From Clostridiales bacterium (lineage in GTDB: Bacteria; Bacillota; Clostridia; Oscillospirales; Oscillospiraceae), in assembly GCA_012719235.1 (NCBI GenBank), contig JAAYAR010000066.1:1400-65399 (forward strand): 64,000 bases of DNA, given 5' to 3'. Of this stretch, positions 25,168-34,386 are shown one piece after another. The position numbers were made by a program, and so were the translations under genes. Numbering within the stretch: the stretch's first letter is position 1; each line of letters starts with the position of its first letter. The notes under the pieces are model-generated. The model ran no database searches. It was not told where the DNA came from and saw only the letters and a program-made list of their open reading frames with translations.

Positions 25168-26979
25168 TCAGGCGCAGAAGTCATCGTCGAGCATATTGGC
25201 GATGTTCAGGTATGTGCCGCAGCCCCAGGAGGACAGGCCCGCGGGCGGATATACGGTGGGCAGGCAGTCGAACACCTTCCCCTCGATCTTCATCGGCTCC
25301 CATGTCTGGGGAGGGCTCGGCATTATCGTTTGCGGACCGTACTCGACGGCCTCTTCCGCCCAGTTCCTGGCCCTCTCCAGGGCAAAATCGATCTCTCCCG
25401 ACTGATAAAGGCCGTAGATCGCATAGAAATTAGCCATACCGAAGATCCGCCCGAGGCACATGGCCTTTCCGCGGACGTCATAATACGGGCTGTCCATCGC
25501 CTCGAGCGTGAATCCCTGCGGGGCGTTGAATCTGGATTTGTCGGCAAGCGCGGCGACCAGCTTGTCCGTTATGTGCTGCGGCAGGCGTTTTCCGAGCATG
25601 ACGACCTGAAACAGGCCTATGCTGTGGCTCGGCGGGATCTCCCCCGTGATATCGTGTTTGACGACAAATTTCTCGCCGTCCCACAGGTAGTCGATCATGT
25701 CTTTGAGCATACGATCAGAAAACTCGAACCAGTAATCGGCCTCCGCGTTCTTTCCGAGGCGCCTGGCAAGATGCCCGCAGACCTCCGTCTGCACGACGAG
25801 CCATGCCGAGATGTCGGGCGTTGTGGCAGGCACGCCCGCGAGGAACATCGTCGCATCGTTCCAGCCGCTCGAATCGGAGTGAGTATAGCCTATAATACCG
25901 TTTCCGTCGACGTCGGAGAACTCGCGCCACCACTGCGTATTGAAAACAAGGATATCGTACAGTTTCCTCGCCCACTCCTCGGAGAGACAGTCCCAGCCGC
26001 CGTGGCGTTTGACGACGTAAGCGAGCGCCCAACCGTGGATAGGGGCCATGGGATTTCTGTAATGGGCGCCGATGTTGCTTATGCCGCCCGACGCCATGCC
26101 GTATTCGTCGGCTGTCGCCGGGATCTGGTAGATGAGCTCGAGAGCCAGCTCCAGGTTGCGCCACGCGGCAGCGCCCTGCATCGCCTGATGCCAACCTTTC
26201 GCATAACGCATAACGCCGCTCTTGCCCATATACACGGCTGCGCCTTTGATCGCCCCGTAATCCGTGATAAGGTGCGACCATATCATGTAAACGCTCACTT
26301 CAAAGGGACCGCGGATCTTCTCGTCCGGCAGCTTATACGTATCGGCATAGAACTTCTCGAAATTCGCTTTATTGTCTTTGAAGCACTGTTCGATCGTGCG
26401 GGTGAGGGTGCGGCGTTTGACGTTGTGCTCCCTGTGGGCGATATAGCCCTCGGCGACGCCGTCCCGGGGCTCCCAGTATACGTACGTGTCCGACGATCTG
26501 CACTCGTCCGGAAGATACTCGGTCCTGTACGTCTGGCGGCCGCTTACAGCCTCAAACAGAAACTCGCCGGTCATCGGGCGGAAGACTGCCTCCACCGAGC
26601 CGTCGAGTCTGTCGTAAAACTGCTCGAAACGATTGAACTTCATAAAAAAACGTACTCCGAGGCCGCCCGTGCTCCTGATCCGCAGGCAGAGGTTATCCTC
26701 AAAACAGATCTCAAAGGTGCCGTGCCCGGTGTCGGCCCTGATGCCGGCGGGGGTGGTGACAGGCTCGAACGGGACCGGTTCACCGTTGTAAGTGGGCTGC
26801 ACCGCGATGAGGTCATACCGGAAGTCCCAGGTGTTTACGGGACTCGTGAGCGTTATCAGGATCGGAAGCGGTTCTCCCGGTACCGCCTTTTCGGGAAAAT
26901 CCCGGCAGAGCATTATCAGCGAATTCGGGTAGCTGAGCGGCAATGCGCTTAGATCGATGTTCTCAATGCTGTAATTCAA
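25168..26979 (-). CDS. Six-hairpin glycoside-hydrolase-like protein, tandem paralog of 23420-25153
   Basis: 603 aa. WHQAMQGAAAW, SDSSGWNDATMF and FQVVMLGKRLP align with the neighbouring gene. Confidence 0.55.
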   Translation of the reverse strand: MNYSIENIDLSALPLSYPNSLIMLCRDFPEKAVPGEPLPILITLTSPVNTWDFRYDLIAVQPTYNGEPVPFEPVTTPAGIRADTGHGTFEICFEDNLCLRIRSTGGLGVRFFMKFNRFEQFYDRLDGSVEAVFRPMTGEFLFEAVSGRQTYRTEYLPDECRSSDTYVYWEPRDGVAEGYIAHREHNVKRRTLTRTIEQCFKDNKANFEKFYADTYKLPDEKIRGPFEVSVYMIWSHLITDYGAIKGAAVYMGKSGVMRYAKGWHQAMQGAAAWRNLELALELIYQIPATADEYGMASGGISNIGAHYRNPMAPIHGWALAYVVKRHGGWDCLSEEWARKLYDILVFNTQWWREFSDVDGNGIIGYTHSDSSGWNDATMFLAGVPATTPDISAWLVVQTEVCGHLARRLGKNAEADYWFEFSDRMLKDMIDYLWDGEKFVVKHDITGEIPPSHSIGLFQVVMLGKRLPQHITDKLVAALADKSRFNAPQGFTLEAMDSPYYDVRGKAMCLGRIFGMANFYAIYGLYQSGEIDFALERARNWAEEAVEYGPQTIMPSPPQTWEPMKIEGKVFDCLPTVYPPAGLSSWGCGTYLNIANMLDDDFCA

Positions 26980-27110
26980 ACTGGATCACTCCCTTTAATC
27001 GATTATCTGAAGACACTATATACCTTTGTGCGTGAGGATTCAACCTTAACGCGCATATCGGAGGATCCGGCGCCGCGGCATTTTGCGCACAGGCACGGCG
27101 GTGAGCGTTA

Positions 27111-27139
27111 TTGACATGTCTGACAGGCGCGTATAAAAT
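27111..27139 (+). promoter_or_regulatory. Sigma-70-type promoter for the SDR/ADH pair
   Basis: TTGACA, 17 nt, TAAAAT. Confidence 0.5.
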
Positions 27140-27196
27140 TGGGTCGGATCACGGCGTACGGGAAGAGCATATCATCGGAAACGGGGAGATGAGCGT

Positions 27197-27976
27197 ATGA
27201 TCGGATACAGTAAGATCGAGGGCAGCTGCAGCCTTAACGGAAAAGTCGCCGTTGTTACCGGAGCGTCCAGGGGGATAGGCAGAGCCGTGTGCGAGCTGCT
27301 GGCAAAAAAGGGGGCGGACCTCGCCCTTGTCGCGCTGAGCGAGACGGTCGAATCGGCCGCGAAGGAGATCTCGGAACGCTACGGCGTGCGGGCATTACCG
27401 ATCAGAGGGGACATATCTTCGGAGGAAGACGTCGACCGGATGGTCGGGAGCACGCTTGATTTTTACGGAAAGGCGGACATCTTGTGCGCGGTCGCCGGTG
27501 TAACGGAACTGGGCGACGCGGAGTCCATCCCGATGGCCGACTGGGACAGGGTCATGAATATCAACGCCCGCGGGACGTTTATGACAGCCCAGAAATTCGG
27601 GGCGCAGATGATCCGCGCCGGAAACGGCGGAAAGATAGTCGTAATGACGTCCCAGGGGGGGATCGTCGCACTGGACAAGCATGTCGCATACACCATGAGC
27701 AAGGCCGCGCTGATAGGCATGATCAAATCTTTGGCGTATGAGTGGGCGGAGTACGGCATAAACGTAAACGGCGTCGCGCCCACCGTAGTGCTCACGGAGA
27801 TGGGGGAGAAGGCCTGGTCCGGAGAGACAGGCAGGGCTATGAGATCCCGCATACCAGCCGGGAGATTCGCATACCCCGACGAGGTCGCCGCGGCCGTGCT
27901 CTTCCTCGTGAGCGATGAAAGCCGGATGATAACGGGGGAGAACCTGATAATAGACGGAGGATATACGATATATTGA
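27197..27976 (+). CDS. Short-chain dehydrogenase/reductase (SDR)
   Basis: VAVVTGASRGIGRA (TGxxxGxG), NINARG, and the catalytic YTMSKAAL (YxxxK). Confidence 0.9.
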   Translation: MIGYSKIEGSCSLNGKVAVVTGASRGIGRAVCELLAKKGADLALVALSETVESAAKEISERYGVRALPIRGDISSEEDVDRMVGSTLDFYGKADILCAVAGVTELGDAESIPMADWDRVMNINARGTFMTAQKFGAQMIRAGNGGKIVVMTSQGGIVALDKHVAYTMSKAALIGMIKSLAYEWAEYGINVNGVAPTVVLTEMGEKAWSGETGRAMRSRIPAGRFAYPDEVAAAVLFLVSDESRMITGENLIIDGGYTIY

Positions 27977-28021
27977 CCGGGGAAGGGAGATACCGCCCCG
28001 AAATATGACGGAGGAGAGCAT

Positions 28022-29113
28022 ATGAATACGCTGCCTGAGAAAATGAAGGCAATAGTAGCCTACGCGCCGGGCGACTACCGCCTGGAGACTGTCGACACGC
28101 CGCGCGCGGGAGAGGGCGAGATGATCCTGAAGGTCGACACGTGCGGGATCTGTGCCGGTGATGTGAAAGCCCTGGCGGGCGCACCGAGTTTTTGGGGCGG
28201 AGAAGGAAATCCGGCCTGGATCAAAGCGCCTATGATCCCGGGGCATGAGTTTGTAGGAAGAGTTGTGGAGATCGGGCCGAACGTCAAGGGGAACTGGAAG
28301 ATAGGCGACAGGATCTGCCCGGAACAGATCGTTCCGTGCGGCGAATGCCTGTTCTGCAGAACGGGCCGCTACTGGATGTGCGAAAAACATGACATATTCG
28401 GTTACCAGAACAATGTGAACGGCGGTATGGCCGAGTATGTCAGGATGACTAAGGAGACGATATGTCATCCGGTGCCGGCGGATATGCCGATCGAGCAGGC
28501 CGCTCTGATAGAGCCGTACAGCTGCTCGTTCCACTGCGTAGACAGAGCGCAGGTCAAGACGACGGACGTTGTCGTCCAGTCGGGCTGCGGAACTCTCGGC
28601 CTCGGGATGATCGGCGCGATAAGGCAGTGCAATCCGAAGCTCCTTATAGCCCTCGACCTGGACGACGCCCGCCTCGCAAAGGCTAAAGAGTTCGGCGCGG
28701 ACCTTGTAATGAATCCGAAGAATGAGGACGTCGTCGCAAAGATCAAAGACCTGACGGGAGGGTACGGCTGCGACATATACATAGAAGCGGCCGGTCATCC
28801 GGCGAGCGTCGGGCAGGGGCTCGAGTGCATCAGGAAGCTCGGAAGGTTTGTAGAATTCTCCGTGTTCGGTCACCTTGTGACGGTCGACTGGTCCATAATC
28901 TCCGACCGCAAGGAGCTGGATGTCCTGGGCGTCCACCTGAGCCCGTACTGCTATGACACGGTCATCGAATGGATCGCCGAGGGGAAGCTGCCGACTAACG
29001 GAGTAGTCACGACAAAACTTCCTCTTGAGGAATGGGAAGAGGGGTTCAGGCTTGCAAGGACCGGCGAAAACGGCACCATGAAGGTCGTTCTGGTCCCGGG
29101 CATGACGAGGTGA
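28022..29113 (+). CDS. Zinc-dependent medium-chain alcohol/polyol dehydrogenase
   Basis: CGICAGD, GHEFVGRVVEIG, the structural-zinc Cys cluster CGECLFCRTGRYWMC, and the GCGTLG nucleotide fold. Confidence 0.9.
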   Translation: MNTLPEKMKAIVAYAPGDYRLETVDTPRAGEGEMILKVDTCGICAGDVKALAGAPSFWGGEGNPAWIKAPMIPGHEFVGRVVEIGPNVKGNWKIGDRICPEQIVPCGECLFCRTGRYWMCEKHDIFGYQNNVNGGMAEYVRMTKETICHPVPADMPIEQAALIEPYSCSFHCVDRAQVKTTDVVVQSGCGTLGLGMIGAIRQCNPKLLIALDLDDARLAKAKEFGADLVMNPKNEDVVAKIKDLTGGYGCDIYIEAAGHPASVGQGLECIRKLGRFVEFSVFGHLVTVDWSIISDRKELDVLGVHLSPYCYDTVIEWIAEGKLPTNGVVTTKLPLEEWEEGFRLARTGENGTMKVVLVPGMTR

Positions 29114-29141
29114 GCATTTCCGGCGCGAAAAAATACAAAAT

Positions 29142-29172
29142 ATGAAGGGGAGGCCGGCGGCCCCCCCTTCAT
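29142..29172. terminator. Hairpin between the convergent ADH and enoate-reductase genes
   Basis: ATGAAGGGG-loop-CCCCTTCAT. Confidence 0.55.
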
Positions 29173-29200
29173 TCATTACATTGTCTGCGGGGTAATATTC

Positions 29201-31228
29201 TCAGATGTGTATGCAAGCCTGGAAGGCCTGGTTGACCGCCTCCGCGATCGTGCCGACGTTCCGGCAATCACCCACGATGGCGACATTGCTCTCGGGCGCG
29301 CAGTGGCGCAGTTCCTCAACGAGAGCCCAGCGCTCGCGCATCCCCATCGCGAGAAGAACCGTGTCGCATTCAAGCTCCCGGGTCTCTCCGGTGGCGGTGT
29401 CCAGACAGACTATGCGGTCATCACGGACCTCGGAGAGCGCGAGACCGTAATAAACGGGGATATTCTTGTTTTTGAATATGCTCAGAAGCTCGGTGGCTCC
29501 GCTGCCCGCGCTGGCGCGGAGGTTGAGCTTTGCTTTTTGCTCGTCCATCATTTCGATGAGGCAGACGTCTTTGCCGAGATCCGCATAGTCGAGGGCCGCT
29601 TCAAATCCCACCGCGCCGCCGCCGACAACAACGATCTTGTCGCCGACCGTGCATTTGCCCTCCTCCGCGTCGGGCGCCCAGTGGACGTGAGGCTTGTTGA
29701 TGCCGGGTATGCTCGCGGGGATCAGGGGGTCTGCTCCGACCGCGATCACGACGGCGTCGTAGTTTTCGAGGTCGAGCATCTCTTTTGTTGCCTCCGTATT
29801 CAGGAGAATGCGCGCTCCGGCGTTTGCGCACTGGGCCGCCGTATGGCGGAGCCACTGCAGGTAATCCTGGGCGTCGATCTTCCGCGGGGGCACTGCCGCA
29901 CCGATGACGTTGCCGCCGAGGCGGCCGGTTTTTTCGTAAAGAGTGACGTCGTGGCCGCGCTGCAGCAAAGTCTGCATGGCCGTTATGCCGCCCGGCCCTC
30001 CGCCTATCACCGCGACTTTCTTTTTTACCTTTGCCTCAGGCACGACTCCGTCGCGCAGTTCGGAAGTCATGGCGCACATCGGATTGACCGCACAGTAGAT
30101 CGGTTTCGGCACCATCAGATGTTTTGCGCACGTGTCGCAGCGCAGACAGGGGCGCCTGTCTTCGGGGCGATTCTCCGCGTACTTGTTCGGCATCTCCGGG
30201 TCCGCCATCAGCGGGCGGCACATGGACACAAAATCCGCCCAGCCGTTTGCGATGATCTCCTCCGCGTAATCGATGCTGGTGATGGATCCGACCGTGCTGA
30301 CAAGCATATCGGGGTGCGCTTTTTTTATGTCGCGCGCGTAGTGCACGTTGAAGCAGCGGTCCATCAGGTAGTTCTGGCACCAGTTGCGGTAATACAGATG
30401 CGGTCCGCGCGGGTCGCTGTGGAGGCCCGCGGAGACGTGCAGGATATCGATATGATCTTTCAGATATCCTGCAAGTTCGATAGTCTCGTCTATGTGCATG
30501 CCTCCGGGCGCGATCTCGTCGCCGGAACAGCGGTACTCTATAACAAAATTCTCGCCGCAGTGTTTCCTTATGGATTCGCACACCTCGATTGCGAAGCGGG
30601 CCCGGTTTTTGGTGCTTCCTCCGTACTCGTCCGTTCGGCGGTTAAAGAGCGGGCTCGTGAATTGCGATATGAGGTTGCCGTGGCCGCCGTGGACCATAAC
30701 GATATCCATACCGGCCCTCTTCATGCGGGCTGCCGCCATGCCGAATTTCTCGACCGTCTCTTTTATTTTTTCCTTTGACATTTCGATCGTCGGGATGGGC
30801 TCGCGGTTGTTGCGCGCCGCCCGCAGTATCTCATCTTCCGATATAAAGGAGGAGGAGGAGTAGGGGGCGTGTCCAACCATTTCATAGGGGACGCCCTCTC
30901 CGCCGTGGTTGATCTCCAATGAGGCGTGACAGCCGAATTGCTTGCACATATCGGCGTACAGCGAAAGAGGATAGATGCAGTCATCCTTGCCCAGTTCAAG
31001 CTGGTAGCCCTGATCGTTGTTCTCGGTAAGATCGATAGAGCAGTTGCCCAGATACAGCGTGCACACGCCGCCGCGGGCGAACATACGGAACCAATCGACC
31101 AGTTCGCGCGTTACATATCCGTCGGGTGTGCTGAGGACCGGAGTTGTGGGAGCAAGAAAGATGCGGTTTTTGAAGTCGACACCGCGGATCCGGATGGGTG
31201 AGAAGACGTGAGTGTACCTGGATCTCAT
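29201..31228 (-). CDS. Old-yellow-enzyme-type FMN/FAD/[4Fe-4S] oxidoreductase (2-enoate reductase / 2,4-dienoyl-CoA reductase family)
   Basis: 675 aa. It has an OYE TIM-barrel N-terminus (VMVHGGHGNLISQF), a Cys cluster (RRPCLRCDTCAKHL...YCAVNP) and VAVIGGGPGG plus VVVGGGAVG dinucleotide folds. Confidence 0.9.
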   Translation of the reverse strand: MRSRYTHVFSPIRIRGVDFKNRIFLAPTTPVLSTPDGYVTRELVDWFRMFARGGVCTLYLGNCSIDLTENNDQGYQLELGKDDCIYPLSLYADMCKQFGCHASLEINHGGEGVPYEMVGHAPYSSSSFISEDEILRAARNNREPIPTIEMSKEKIKETVEKFGMAAARMKRAGMDIVMVHGGHGNLISQFTSPLFNRRTDEYGGSTKNRARFAIEVCESIRKHCGENFVIEYRCSGDEIAPGGMHIDETIELAGYLKDHIDILHVSAGLHSDPRGPHLYYRNWCQNYLMDRCFNVHYARDIKKAHPDMLVSTVGSITSIDYAEEIIANGWADFVSMCRPLMADPEMPNKYAENRPEDRRPCLRCDTCAKHLMVPKPIYCAVNPMCAMTSELRDGVVPEAKVKKKVAVIGGGPGGITAMQTLLQRGHDVTLYEKTGRLGGNVIGAAVPPRKIDAQDYLQWLRHTAAQCANAGARILLNTEATKEMLDLENYDAVVIAVGADPLIPASIPGINKPHVHWAPDAEEGKCTVGDKIVVVGGGAVGFEAALDYADLGKDVCLIEMMDEQKAKLNLRASAGSGATELLSIFKNKNIPVYYGLALSEVRDDRIVCLDTATGETRELECDTVLLAMGMRERWALVEELRHCAPESNVAIVGDCRNVGTIAEAVNQAFQACIHI

Positions 31229-31306
31229 TGAAAACTTCCTTTCTGTTCTTTTGAATCTGCAAAGGGTCGTTGTTTATTGAAACCGAAGGTCATCGGGCCG
31301 CTTGCT

Positions 31307-32266
31307 CTAGGCGGTGCCCTCCCCTTCTTTTAAGCGCCCTGTGAAAAAATCCGCAAAGATCTCGACTTCCCTTTCTTTTCTGCCCTTCATCGACAAAAGA
31401 TAATAGCTGGAAGAGAAACCGGGGTCAAGTATATGGAGATAGGTTATCCCTCCCAGATCCCTCCAGCACTTGGGGGTGTGGCAGGGGAATACTCCGCGGT
31501 TTTCCATCGCAAGCCGGTAGCGGATCTCCAGCATGTTGTCGGGGATCTTCATAACCTTCGGTGTAAAGCCGTACATGCTCTCCACGCGGCGGACGAACCG
31601 CTCGGAATTGGCGAAAATGATGCCGGGAAGGCGTCCGCTCGAGTCATCGTTCAGGAGAAAGACTTCGTCCTTCAGGTCCGATATGTGTGCGCTGCGCAGT
31701 TTTGACAGCGGGTTCATATCCGACACGCCGACAGAGAAGCTGGACTGTCCGAGCAGCGTGATGTTCATGTCCTCCGGATGGCGGAATTCCACACGGTCCA
31801 GTTCGTCACAGAAGAACAACACTGCGTCCAGCCGGCCCAGCGCCAGATCCGGCAACAACGAAACGATATCGTCGTATCTGGATTCGATCCTGATATTCCC
31901 GTGCGCTTCAATGAAATCCGCCTTCAGCATGATCAGGCCCATCGGGGCAAGAAGGTTCTTGCGAAGGCCCAGATTGAGCGAAGAGGTGCTGTCCGGAGAC
32001 GGTTGTGAAGCGACGGTATAGAGCTCCCCGAAATCCTCGAGGATCTTCGCCATGACCGGGATGATGCGCTCGCCTGCGATGGTCAGTTCTGTCGATCTGC
32101 CCTCCTGGCCCCCGGGGCGCGTGAAGATCTTCACCCCGAGCTCGGACTCTGCGGATTCTACACGGCGTGAAACGGAGGACTGCGAGCACGGTATCACGTA
32201 AGCGGCCGCGCTGAAGCTCTTAAGGCGTGCAACAGTCAGGACTGTTTTGATGACCTCAAGATCCAT
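31307..32266 (-). CDS. LysR-family transcriptional regulator
   Basis: MDLEVIKTVLTVARLKSFSAAAYVIPCSQSSVSRRVESAESELGVKIF is an HTH. The ATG at 32266 follows AAAGGAGGAA. It is divergent from the MFS gene. Confidence 0.9.
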   Translation of the reverse strand: MDLEVIKTVLTVARLKSFSAAAYVIPCSQSSVSRRVESAESELGVKIFTRPGGQEGRSTELTIAGERIIPVMAKILEDFGELYTVASQPSPDSTSSLNLGLRKNLLAPMGLIMLKADFIEAHGNIRIESRYDDIVSLLPDLALGRLDAVLFFCDELDRVEFRHPEDMNITLLGQSSFSVGVSDMNPLSKLRSAHISDLKDEVFLLNDDSSGRLPGIIFANSERFVRRVESMYGFTPKVMKIPDNMLEIRYRLAMENRGVFPCHTPKCWRDLGGITYLHILDPGFSSSYYLLSMKGRKEREVEIFADFFTGRLKEGEGTA

Positions 32267-32594
32267 GCGGTTCCTCCTTTTACAATTTAAATGTATAATT
32301 TCCTCTCGCCGGTCGCGCCGTATCACGTTTTGCGCGGGATCTCCCGGGCGTATAACTCGCGGCCCGGCCCGTGCAGCCGTTGGCGGACCCGACAGGGATT
32401 AATTATAGGGCACAAAGCTCTCATTAGCAAGGTGTTTTCGAGGTTTCGGGGCAAGCGGGAAAATCCATGGTGCGGATCATGTTATCCGCGGCCGCGGATG
32501 TGGCCATTGGTTTTTTGCATTGCAGGTTTCGGCCCGATGCCTGATAATAGGTCCGGTCTTTTGAAAGCAAGAAACGATAACGGAGGAAGAAGTT

Positions 32595-33857
32595 TTGAAA
32601 ATCAGCAGGCGCGATCTGAGCAGCTCGTATTTCAGCTCGGGATTGCAGGGTTCCGCTCTTTGGAACAGGTATTTTTGTCTGGTCATACTCATCTCCAGCG
32701 CCGTAAGCTTCGGCAATTTTTTTGTGGGTGTCGCGTTTTCGTACTGGGTAGTGGATATGGGGGGGTCAAACGGCACGTTCGGCCTAATCCACGGGCTGTA
32801 CTCCTTCCTCATTATGCTCGCAAGGCCCGTCACGGGCTGGCTTGCCGATAACGGAGACCGCAGGAAGACGTTCGTATTCTCCTGCGTGGTCTATGTCTCG
32901 AGCATGATACTTATGCTTATATCGCCGTATTTCGGCCTCTTCGTAGCCCTTCGGCTCATCCAGGGCGCCGGCACCGGCGGAGCGTCGACGATCATCACGA
33001 CGAGCTCGTACGACTACATACCCCCTTCAAAAATGGATAAAGGCATAGGCTATATCTCTCTGTTCGGCAGCATAATACACGCCGTGACGCCGGCGCTGAG
33101 CGTAGGCACGTACAACACCGGGGGGCCTGCCGCGCTCGTCATCTGGTCGGCGGCCGCGACCGCTCTGGGAGTCGCGCTGTCATGGCTCGTTGTTTTCCGC
33201 ACACCGAAGGAGCCGAAGAAATTCAGTATAAAAGAGGTATTCAACCTCGGCGTGCTGTTTGAGAAGCGGTCGATCAAGCCCGCTCTTGTGATGGCGTTCT
33301 CGCTGAACCTGGGACTCGGGGCAAATACGTTCATAGTGCTCTACGGGCGTTCGCTGGGCATCGGGAACCCGGGCTGGTACTCGACGATAAGCGCGGCAGG
33401 GCTCCTCATCGTCAGACTGATCCTTGACAAGGTCAGGACGAACGAGGTCTTTCCGCGCAAGCGTATATATCTCGCGTTTGCGACTTTTGTAGCAAACCTG
33501 GTGTGCCTCGCGCTGTGTAAGAACATCTACATGTTTTTTGCGGCGGCAGTGCTCTGGTCGGTCACCTTCGGGATACTGATGCCCTCATTTACAAGCATGG
33601 TGATAAAGGCAGCTCCCGCCGACAGGCGCGGGGCCGCAACCAGCACCGCGGGCGTCTCATCCGACGTCGGAATGATCCTGGGCAGCACCCTCGGCGGTTT
33701 TATTGTGGACGGGCTCGGATATCCCGCTCTTTTCGCCGTGGTCATCGCCCCGGTCATATTGTGCTGCATAGCTTACCGGCTGTTCATCGACGGCAAATTC
33801 AAATCGTGGGAAGAGCAGGAAGTGTCAAACGCGGAAAAGACTGAGACCGCCCGATAG
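32595..33857 (+). CDS. MFS transporter
   Basis: About 12 predicted TM segments and a loop motif MLARPVTGWLADNGDRRK. GGAGGA RBS before a TTG start. Confidence 0.85.
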   Translation: MKISRRDLSSSYFSSGLQGSALWNRYFCLVILISSAVSFGNFFVGVAFSYWVVDMGGSNGTFGLIHGLYSFLIMLARPVTGWLADNGDRRKTFVFSCVVYVSSMILMLISPYFGLFVALRLIQGAGTGGASTIITTSSYDYIPPSKMDKGIGYISLFGSIIHAVTPALSVGTYNTGGPAALVIWSAAATALGVALSWLVVFRTPKEPKKFSIKEVFNLGVLFEKRSIKPALVMAFSLNLGLGANTFIVLYGRSLGIGNPGWYSTISAAGLLIVRLILDKVRTNEVFPRKRIYLAFATFVANLVCLALCKNIYMFFAAAVLWSVTFGILMPSFTSMVIKAAPADRRGAATSTAGVSSDVGMILGSTLGGFIVDGLGYPALFAVVIAPVILCCIAYRLFIDGKFKSWEEQEVSNAEKTETAR

Positions 33858-33991
33858 CGCCGCATGCCGGCATCGGGAGATCCGGCACAGCCGCATACAA
33901 AGAGTTCAAAGGCTGTGCCCTCACTTAACATCTGCCTGCGGTTGTACTGACTTTACAAATACACAGCCAAGCGGATATAGAAGCGGTTCGT

Positions 33992-34019
33992 GGGGCCGGG
34001 CACATTTTTGCCCGGCCCC
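33992..34019 (+). terminator. Intrinsic terminator after the MFS gene
   Basis: GGGGCCGGGCA-cattttt-TGCCCGGCCCC. Confidence 0.6.
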
Positions 34020-34342
34020 CTCGTTTTGCGCGGACATACGGACCGTCTCCCGGCATACTCCCGACATGCGAAGCAGATGCAGACCTGTCGCGCCGAAAAT
34101 GGGATCCGGCCGGTTTTATGTCGGGATGATGTCTGCCGCGGTTGAAGCGGGCAGATAAACGGCTCGATGAATAATTGTTATATTGTAGGAAATACTAATA
34201 TAAACCCGAAAAATTGAGCAATATTCACTAAATTTTAAGAAATTATTACACGTATTCTTGGGTGTTAATATGGTAGTAATAATATTACGAAACGGCTATA
34301 ATGATGCGCGAAGTCGGCTTCAGTTTCAGATTAGTTTCCGAT

Positions 34343-34366
34343 AAAAACAATGCCCGCATTGTTTTT
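34343..34366 (+). promoter_or_regulatory. Leader palindrome upstream of SBP copy 1
   Basis: AAAAACAATG-cccg-CATTGTTTTT, ending 7 nt before the AGGAGGA Shine-Dalgarno. Confidence 0.5.
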
Positions 34367-34386
34367 AATAAACAGGAGGAAGAATA

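Noticed and set aside
25141-26952. A 603-aa plus-strand ORF that exactly mirrors the 603-aa hydrolase gene. Similar long antisense ORFs occur at 29207-30778, 27395-29176, 36913-37878, 10927-11925, 47689-48594 and 6007-6675, with several opposite the GRE (16145-19482).
   Set aside because: For the two I checked (25141-26952 and 29207-30778), the ORF lies in the same codon register as the sense gene. Antisense stops would then require the sense codons TTA, CTA or TCA, which this GC-rich codon usage avoids. The products of all these ORFs are Arg/Pro/Gly/Ala-rich with no motifs and no RBS. They are shadow ORFs, not overlapping genes.
32291-32851. A 186-aa plus-strand ORF overlapping the LysR/MFS divergent promoter region and the MFS start.
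   Set aside because: It is out of frame with the well-supported MFS gene and has no domain signature. It is Arg-rich.
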